Shown one piece after another: positions 23,985 to 29,786 of a stretch of DNA of 29,786 bases. The notes under the pieces are model-generated. The model saw nothing but the letters and a program-made list of their open reading frames with translations, did not search any database and had not been told where the DNA came from. Within the stretch, counting starts at the first letter, position 1, and each line of letters opens with the position of its first letter. This stretch comes from Chitinophagales bacterium (lineage in GTDB: Bacteria; Bacteroidota; Bacteroidia; Chitinophagales; Saprospiraceae), in assembly GCA_038213575.1 (NCBI GenBank), contig JBBQSW010000001.1:1-29786 (forward strand), written 5' to 3'. The position numbers and the translations under genes were made by a program.

Positions 23985-24572
23985 ATGAAAAATCTCCCGA
24001 TCATTCTCAATATCATCTTGTTTGCCCTGGTTGGCCACTTGTATTATTTGAATTCTAAAAACGCAAAACCTGCTCATGGTCAATCCATTATGCCGCCAGC
24101 TTCGCAAGCAGCCGGGGTACGTATCGCTTATATTCATGCGGACACGCTTGATGCCCAATATGTATGGTTGAAAGAGCAAAAGGCGGCCATTCAGGCGCGC
24201 ATGAGCGCTGCCGAAAAAACGCTCTCCGCCAGAGAAGAAGGCCTGCTGAGGGAGGCGGAGGGTTTACAAAAGAAATTTCAAGAAGGGAACATGACCCAAG
24301 CCGAGGCGGAAAAACACCAGGCGAGCCTCATGCAACGTGGGCAAAAACTTGAAGAAGAAAAAATGAGGCTAGGCAAATCGCTCAACGAAGAGCAGAAAAA
24401 AGCTTTCAACGACCTCTATGTCAACATCGAAGCCAAACTCAAAACGCTCTCTTCCCAGATTGGCTACGACTACATTCTTTCTTATTCGCGTGGAGGCCAA
24501 ATATTGCTTGCCAACGACAGCCTCGACATTACCAAACAAGTGCTTGAGTTGTTGAACGCGAAGGACAAGTAA
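23985..24572 (+). CDS. OmpH/Skp family periplasmic chaperone
   Basis: IAYIHADTL, a long coiled coil, and GYDYIL...ILLANDSLDITKQVLELLN. Confidence 0.93.
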   Translation: MKNLPIILNIILFALVGHLYYLNSKNAKPAHGQSIMPPASQAAGVRIAYIHADTLDAQYVWLKEQKAAIQARMSAAEKTLSAREEGLLREAEGLQKKFQEGNMTQAEAEKHQASLMQRGQKLEEEKMRLGKSLNEEQKKAFNDLYVNIEAKLKTLSSQIGYDYILSYSRGGQILLANDSLDITKQVLELLNAKDK

Positions 24573-24581
24573 CTTGGCTTC

Positions 24582-24614
24582 ACGTTTACGAAACCTTCAA
24601 GGTTTCGTAAACGT
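24582..24614. repeat. Perfect palindrome ACGTTTACGAAACCTT-C-AAGGTTTCGTAAACGT (REP-like)
   Basis: 16-bp arms with a 1-nt centre, between ompH and the GNAT gene. Confidence 0.8.
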
Positions 24615-24646
24615 CGAACGTCCATGTGATATGCCACATTGTCAAT

Positions 24647-25162
24647 ATGACCAACATCTCTCTTCGCCGGGCCACAGAAGCCGATATCCCGCTCATCCGT
24701 CAATTGGCCGAACTTATCTGGTGGGAGCATTACCCGAGCATCATCAGCGATGCGCAAATCGCCTACATGCTCGAATTGATATACAGCAATTCAGCACTTC
24801 GACAGCAAATGGAAGCGGAGGGGCAGGAGTTTTGGTTGCCTGTGAAAAATGGCCAAGCACTTGGTTTTCTGGCAGTCAGCCGAAAAGAGGAAGGCGATTA
24901 TTTCCTCCACAAATTCTATTTGGAACCCCGCGAAAAAGGACTTGGAACCATTATTTTTGAACTTTTGCTCGCCCAATATCCTGATTTGCGCGGACTCCGT
25001 TTGCGCGTGAATCGCCGTAATTTTAAAAGCGTCAACTTCTATTTTAAAGTCGGTTTTCGCATCGAATATTGCATTGATACGCCCTTCGGCGAGGAGTATG
25101 TAATGGATGATTTTCAGATGGTTTTTGGTCAAAACAAATTAACAGAGCGCGCAAGGATTTAA
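24647..25162 (+). CDS. GNAT family N-acetyltransferase
   Basis: LRRATEADI, LHKFYL...KGLG, and LRVNRRNFKSVNFYFKVGF. Confidence 0.92.
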   Translation: MTNISLRRATEADIPLIRQLAELIWWEHYPSIISDAQIAYMLELIYSNSALRQQMEAEGQEFWLPVKNGQALGFLAVSRKEEGDYFLHKFYLEPREKGLGTIIFELLLAQYPDLRGLRLRVNRRNFKSVNFYFKVGFRIEYCIDTPFGEEYVMDDFQMVFGQNKLTERARI

Positions 25163-25189
25163 AGCGCTCAAACTTCTCCAGTCTATTCC

Positions 25190-25642
25190 ATGTTGTCCGT
25201 TCTTTCCGACCCTTATTTTATGAAACAAGCCCTCGCCGAGGCTGAAAAAGCCTACGAAGAAGGCGAGGTGCCTGTTGGCGCGGTCATCGTGTGTGAAGGC
25301 CGCATCATTGCTCGGGCCCACAACCAAACCGAGATGTTGACAGATGTGACCGCCCACGCAGAGATTCTTGCGCTTACGGCCGCCAGTAGCCATTTGGGCA
25401 GCAAATATTTGCCCGATTGCACGCTCTACGTTACCCTCGAACCCTGTGTCATGTGCGCGGGTGCGCTCGCCTGGGCTCAAATCGGCCGAGTGGTTTATGC
25501 CGCTTCCGACGAAAAGCGCGGCTTCATGCTTTTTGGTGGTAAAGACCTGCTGCACCCAAAAACGAAGCTGGAAATGGGTATAATGGAAGAGGAATGTGGT
25601 TCGCTGGTGACCGCATTTTTTCGGGCAAAGCGGGGGAATTAA
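25190..25642 (+). CDS. tadA: tRNA adenosine(34) deaminase / nucleoside deaminase
   Basis: EVPVGAVIV, TAHAE, TLYVTLEPCVMCAGA and FFRAKR. Confidence 0.92.
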   Translation: MLSVLSDPYFMKQALAEAEKAYEEGEVPVGAVIVCEGRIIARAHNQTEMLTDVTAHAEILALTAASSHLGSKYLPDCTLYVTLEPCVMCAGALAWAQIGRVVYAASDEKRGFMLFGGKDLLHPKTKLEMGIMEEECGSLVTAFFRAKRGN

Positions 25643-25714
25643 CCAAACACATGTTTTGAAATATGTGTTTTAACCTCTTACGTGCTAAACCTCGCTCGAT
25701 ACTGCCCAAATTTC

Positions 25715-25722
25715 TACCTTTG
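25715..25722 (+). promoter_or_regulatory. -7 element TACCTTTG
   Basis: TAnnTTTG match upstream of the 763-aa membrane protein. Confidence 0.5.
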
Positions 25723-25784
25723 CCAAGCTGCCAAAACAGATATGCCCACCCGGAGATATTTAGAAATGACAGCATTCATTCGCC

Positions 25785-28076
25785 TTGAATACTTCTACGC
25801 GTATAAATAAGTTATTATCTCCTAAATGGCAACAATGGCTCGGAGCATTGGCGGCGGCCTTGTTTCTATTGTTGCTGGCCCGACCCATCTTCAAAGATTA
25901 CTTCACGCGGCCCAACTCGATGATGTATTCCTTTGGCGGCGACGCCTTGGTGCTTTATTACAATACGGCCTACCATACGCGTTATGACCATGATGCCACG
26001 CTGCGCAATATGAATTATCCCGACGGGGAATACATCTATCTCACGGATGCTCAGGGGGCGGTTTCCAATACCTTGCAATGGATTAACCGCCACGTCACAG
26101 ATATTTCGGGGCAAACGGTCGGTATCGTCAACGCGCTGAATTTATACCTGCTTTTTGCAGCCGTAGTGCTGGTTTTCTTCCTGTTGCGGGCTTTGAAGGC
26201 ACATCTTTTTACGGCCATCTTGTTTTCGCCTTTGATTGTGCTGCTTTCCCCCCAGATAGGCCGCATGGCGGGGCATTTTGGTTTGGCCTACCCCTTCCTG
26301 ATCCCGATGGGCATGTTGTGGTTTTTGAGAAAATACAACGTAGGTCGTTTGGAAAAGCGTGATGCGCTCATGCTGGCTGTTTCGGTATTTTTTACATTCA
26401 ACAACCCATATACGGGGTTTAATGTCAATTTTTTCCTGCTTTTGGCGGGGATGCTGCTATTTGCCGCCGAAGGTTTCAAACTAAAAAACTGGAAGCGCCC
26501 GGCCATTATATCAGGCATGGGTTTTTTAGTATTGGCACTGGTTTTTCTGAATTTTAAACTGTTCGACCCCGTACACGACCGCATGGATCCGCAATGGGGC
26601 TTCTTTGATTATCATGCGAGCTTCGAGGGATTGTTTCACCCGCCCCGTTCCTTCCTGCACGACTGGCTGACGCGAAACAAGATCATGATCACAGAGATAG
26701 AGTTCGAGGCGATGCTGAATGTAGGTATCGTGACCACCTTGGCTTTGGCTGTGATGTTGCTAATGACCATAGCGGGGGTTTTTTACCGCAAAAACAAACC
26801 CACATTGCAGCGGCTTGCGCCCGAGCACCGCATTTTGTTGGGGTCAACGTTGCTACTCTTCCTGTTGGCTGCGAATACCAGTTTGTTGCCTGTGTCTCGG
26901 GAGTGGATGGAGACAAATACAGGCTGGCTCATGATGTTCAAAGCCTCTGGCCGATTGGGCTGGGGCTTTTATTTCGCATTGACGGTGACCGGGGCCTTAT
27001 TCATTGACCGACTCTTTCGGATTACTTCACCGTGGTTTATGGCCGCGTTGTTCTCGCTTTTATTTGCGGCCGTTTGGAACTCAGAGATAAACCAATACAT
27101 ACGCCCTAAATTCAGGGACGTTTTTCAAGCCAATTTTTTTAGCCGCGAACATGAGCAAGAGATGTTGGATGTGCTGAGCCAAAACAACATAGACGTAGGT
27201 CAATATCAAGCGATCCTTTGCCTTCCTAAAATGATGGCTTGGTCTGACAAAATCCTTTCCCATATCAATTACAGGACGCAGATATACAGTACAAGGATCT
27301 CCATGGCCACCGGCTTGCCCATGGTCAATTCGATGCTTTCGAGGATTGGTTTACAGCATACACTGGAGCGTGTGCAGATGCTGTCGAACCCCTTGGTGGA
27401 GCGGACCATGCTCCAAAAATTCCCCAATCAAAAAGATATTCTCCTGCTGGTTGGTTCGGATGCTATTCCCGAACTCAAAACTGGCGAACAATATTTGCTG
27501 GATATTTCCGAACGTGTGGCCCAAACCAAGGACTTCTCCCTATATCGCTTGCGTTTGGCCGATTTGGCAAACAGCAAGGCGGTGCAGGAAGCAAAATCTG
27601 CTTTTCAAAGTGGCACATTTCCGGCGCCCAGTATTCATCTGGGTTATGATCAGGAGCCTTCAACCCTGGCTTTCTACGGTGCAGGTTGCCGCCAGACGAA
27701 AGCCAAGGAGGACGATGTTTTAGTTTTTACATCGCCTTTTGAGCGCGACACGCAGATGGTTTTTTCAGGCTGGACGTATGTGGATCCCGGCCAATGGAGC
27801 GCAGGCTTCTGGCTCTTCAGCATTCGCGACGCAGCGGGTGCTGAGTTGGAAAATTTCAAAGTTGAAACCAGACAATGCAATGATGTGCAAGGCAATTGGA
27901 TCCGGGGAGAAGCCAAGCTTCGGCTGCCACGCGGTGGGCATTTGCAGGTCAAGAGCTACGGCCACAAGGCTATGTTGATTGACGAGGTAATGCTTTGGCC
28001 CAAAGGGGTTTCGCCGATTGTGAACGACCCCAATGCGGAGACGTTTTTATTTGAAAATTTTAAGGTGAAGAAGTGA
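25785..28076 (+). CDS. Polytopic membrane protein, GT-C/YfhO-like, with C-terminal soluble domains
   Basis: N-terminal TM, then GGDALVLYYN and YPDGEYIYLTD loops, about 11-13 TM helices and a ~320-aa extracytoplasmic tail. The TTG start is uncertain. Confidence 0.75.
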   Translation: MNTSTRINKLLSPKWQQWLGALAAALFLLLLARPIFKDYFTRPNSMMYSFGGDALVLYYNTAYHTRYDHDATLRNMNYPDGEYIYLTDAQGAVSNTLQWINRHVTDISGQTVGIVNALNLYLLFAAVVLVFFLLRALKAHLFTAILFSPLIVLLSPQIGRMAGHFGLAYPFLIPMGMLWFLRKYNVGRLEKRDALMLAVSVFFTFNNPYTGFNVNFFLLLAGMLLFAAEGFKLKNWKRPAIISGMGFLVLALVFLNFKLFDPVHDRMDPQWGFFDYHASFEGLFHPPRSFLHDWLTRNKIMITEIEFEAMLNVGIVTTLALAVMLLMTIAGVFYRKNKPTLQRLAPEHRILLGSTLLLFLLAANTSLLPVSREWMETNTGWLMMFKASGRLGWGFYFALTVTGALFIDRLFRITSPWFMAALFSLLFAAVWNSEINQYIRPKFRDVFQANFFSREHEQEMLDVLSQNNIDVGQYQAILCLPKMMAWSDKILSHINYRTQIYSTRISMATGLPMVNSMLSRIGLQHTLERVQMLSNPLVERTMLQKFPNQKDILLLVGSDAIPELKTGEQYLLDISERVAQTKDFSLYRLRLADLANSKAVQEAKSAFQSGTFPAPSIHLGYDQEPSTLAFYGAGCRQTKAKEDDVLVFTSPFERDTQMVFSGWTYVDPGQWSAGFWLFSIRDAAGAELENFKVETRQCNDVQGNWIRGEAKLRLPRGGHLQVKSYGHKAMLIDEVMLWPKGVSPIVNDPNAETFLFENFKVKK

Positions 28077-28083
28077 GGGGGTT

Positions 28084-28180
28084 TTTCACGCGGATGTTAC
28101 ACGGATGTTACACGCAGATGGTACACTGATAAATTCTGTGTACCATCTGCGTGTAACATCCGTGTAACATCCGCGTGAAA
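28084..28180. repeat. 43-bp perfect inverted repeat with 11-nt loop, built from C(G/A)GATG(T/G)TACA units
   Basis: Arms at 28084-28126 and 28138-28180 are exact reverse complements. It sits between convergent genes. Confidence 0.95.
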
Positions 28181-28187
28181 CAAAACG

Positions 28188-29660
28188 CTATTCCTTCCTT
28201 TTCAATAAAAAAGCGGGCCTTATCCGATATGGATTCAACCAGGATTCCGCCGTTTGGAGAAAATATACATCGCCTTCGGTACGCGCATTTTTAAGCGCTG
28301 CTTGCCAGACAAATTCAGGCAAAAGGAAATACTGGCCACCCAGTTTTTTGATTTTCAATTTATTTTCTGCTCCTGCGAAATAATGCAGTGTTTGCTCCTG
28401 CACTACGGCGGCAATTCGCCAGAGTTTGCTGGAGTCCACGGCGTACTCGGGAAGCCAGGGCATAGCGTCTGTGCCTGTCGTGAAGGTAAAATATTCAGCA
28501 AGGGCGTTGTGCGCGATGAAGAACTCGGGTTGGGTTGGTATCGAACTTTCGGGAAGTTGACGCTCTACGTTGATCGTTAGCCTTTTAAATAAGGCATAAT
28601 CCGGGTCGTGCAGAATGGGCGAATAAGATTTCCAAGAAAAAAACGAAACCGCGACGAGTGCCAAAAAAGCTACTTTGGAGGCCTTTTTAGAAACATTTTG
28701 AAAGTCAAAAGCCATTGGCAGTATTAGGACGAACACCAAAAACATCCGCCATGCCAAGCCCGTGAGCGACCATTCTAAAAACGGGAACAACAGTAACCCG
28801 CAGAGCCAGAAAAGGGCTTGATTTGAAATGCCTTTTTGACTCCTACAAAGGATCAAACCTCCTATCCACCAAACCATCACCATTGAAATTTCGAATATCC
28901 ACCCGCCGCTGATACGCTCCAGGCCGAAAGACTGGACAAATGAAATGGGGGCAAATTGGGGTTGCCAGTTCAGTGTTCCTTTGAACCGCCCTAAGTCCGC
29001 AATAGTAGCCAAGCCGGGAAAAAACTGTGCGGCCAGTGCAAACGCGCCGAGCATAATGGCAAACGCGAGGAGTGATTTTTGAAGAAAAACTTTGTTGAAA
29101 AAACGCTCTTTGAACCTAAAACCCAGCCACAAAAATAGATACACCACTGCCAACCCAAACATCATCCGATGTCCAAAATAGTTGATAATCAATAGAATGC
29201 CCGGAACGGCCAGCCAAGTCCGAGGCTTCGAAAAAGCCCAATCCAGCGATCGTACAAAAGCTACGAACAGCACCAACCCCAGCAAATTCTTTGGGTACTG
29301 CGCTGCGAAATAGGTCAGTTGCGGGGAGAACAGAGACCATGCTCCCAACAGCGGCAAGTACGAGCCTCGGCGGCACATCAATAGCGTAAAAATTCCACAC
29401 AATACCGCCGTGCCAATTTTCAAGGCCAGTACATAATCGCCAGCCAGCCAATAGAAAAGCCGCAGATAGGGATAAATCATCGAGGCTTCCGGCGAGTGCA
29501 TGTGCCCGGTTTCTTCCAGGGATTTTATTTGAACCAGGTAGAAATAGCTGTCCCAGCCTGTAGCGAAAGGGGTTTGAGAGAAGGCCAGGTATCGAAGCAG
29601 GGCGGAGGCGATGGCCAGCGTTAGTGGATATAAAGGTATTCTAAGATTTGGGAAAACCAT
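28188..29660 (-). CDS. Polytopic membrane protein, GT-C (ArnT/PMT-like) candidate
   Basis: TM1 followed by GWDSYFY (acidic first loop), about 11 TM helices and a soluble C-terminus. ATG 29660 is preferred to GTG 29687. Confidence 0.7.
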   Translation of the reverse strand: MVFPNLRIPLYPLTLAIASALLRYLAFSQTPFATGWDSYFYLVQIKSLEETGHMHSPEASMIYPYLRLFYWLAGDYVLALKIGTAVLCGIFTLLMCRRGSYLPLLGAWSLFSPQLTYFAAQYPKNLLGLVLFVAFVRSLDWAFSKPRTWLAVPGILLIINYFGHRMMFGLAVVYLFLWLGFRFKERFFNKVFLQKSLLAFAIMLGAFALAAQFFPGLATIADLGRFKGTLNWQPQFAPISFVQSFGLERISGGWIFEISMVMVWWIGGLILCRSQKGISNQALFWLCGLLLFPFLEWSLTGLAWRMFLVFVLILPMAFDFQNVSKKASKVAFLALVAVSFFSWKSYSPILHDPDYALFKRLTINVERQLPESSIPTQPEFFIAHNALAEYFTFTTGTDAMPWLPEYAVDSSKLWRIAAVVQEQTLHYFAGAENKLKIKKLGGQYFLLPEFVWQAALKNARTEGDVYFLQTAESWLNPYRIRPAFLLKRKE

Positions 29661-29711
29661 CTTAACGAGGACTAGTGGCAGGGGCACGAAGTCTTTGATA
29701 GTTTGGTCAGA

Positions 29712-29786
29712 TTATTTTGAGATGAGACTAGGCGCGACGAAGGATTGTAGCGGGCTCTCCATGACTGAGGCGCAACAAAGTATCAG
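29712..29786 (-). CDS. Possible 3' end of an upstream gene (...LILCCASVMESPLQSFVAPSLISK*)
   Basis: Open frame from the window edge to a TAA at 29712-29714, on the same strand as the next gene. Only 24 codons are visible. Confidence 0.3.
   Translation of the reverse strand: MILCCASVMESPLQSFVAPSLISK

Noticed and set aside
1-29786. tRNA, rRNA, riboswitch, integrase or transposase genes
   Set aside because: None was recognisable by eye. A covariance-model scan (Infernal/Rfam, tRNAscan-SE) would be needed to exclude small RNAs in 4720-5080 and 10262-10480.

Overview
This is a roughly 30 kb chromosomal window from a Bacteroidota bacterium, probably Saprospiraceae-like. That is inferred from TAnnTTTG promoters, a T9SS C-terminal domain, Gln+1 signal peptides and a eukaryote/archaea-type ProS. 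Most of it is housekeeping or envelope genes: mnmG, proS, hisS, nfu, tadA, ompH, TolC-like, a flippase, GT4 and two GT-C-like membrane proteins. It also holds an AT-rich type II R-M cassette (C5 MTase plus PmeII/EcoO109I-like REase) and an unusually dense set of unrelated intergenic palindromes and short tandem repeats. The most interesting part is 2.6-8.1 kb. It contains an orphan 64-aa peptide with a pinensin-like double-glycine leader and a Cys-free core, whose stop codon overlaps that of a convergent 516-aa helical/TPR-like protein. An identical 19-bp box with a TCAG-N4-CTGA dyad lies upstream of both genes, and a receiver-less LytTR protein and a membrane-anchored nSTAND1 NTPase follow. 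The layout suggests an undescribed peptide-receptor (RRNPP/Rgg-SHP-like) signalling circuit in Bacteroidota. This is inference, not demonstrated. No rRNA, tRNA, CRISPR array or transposase was seen.
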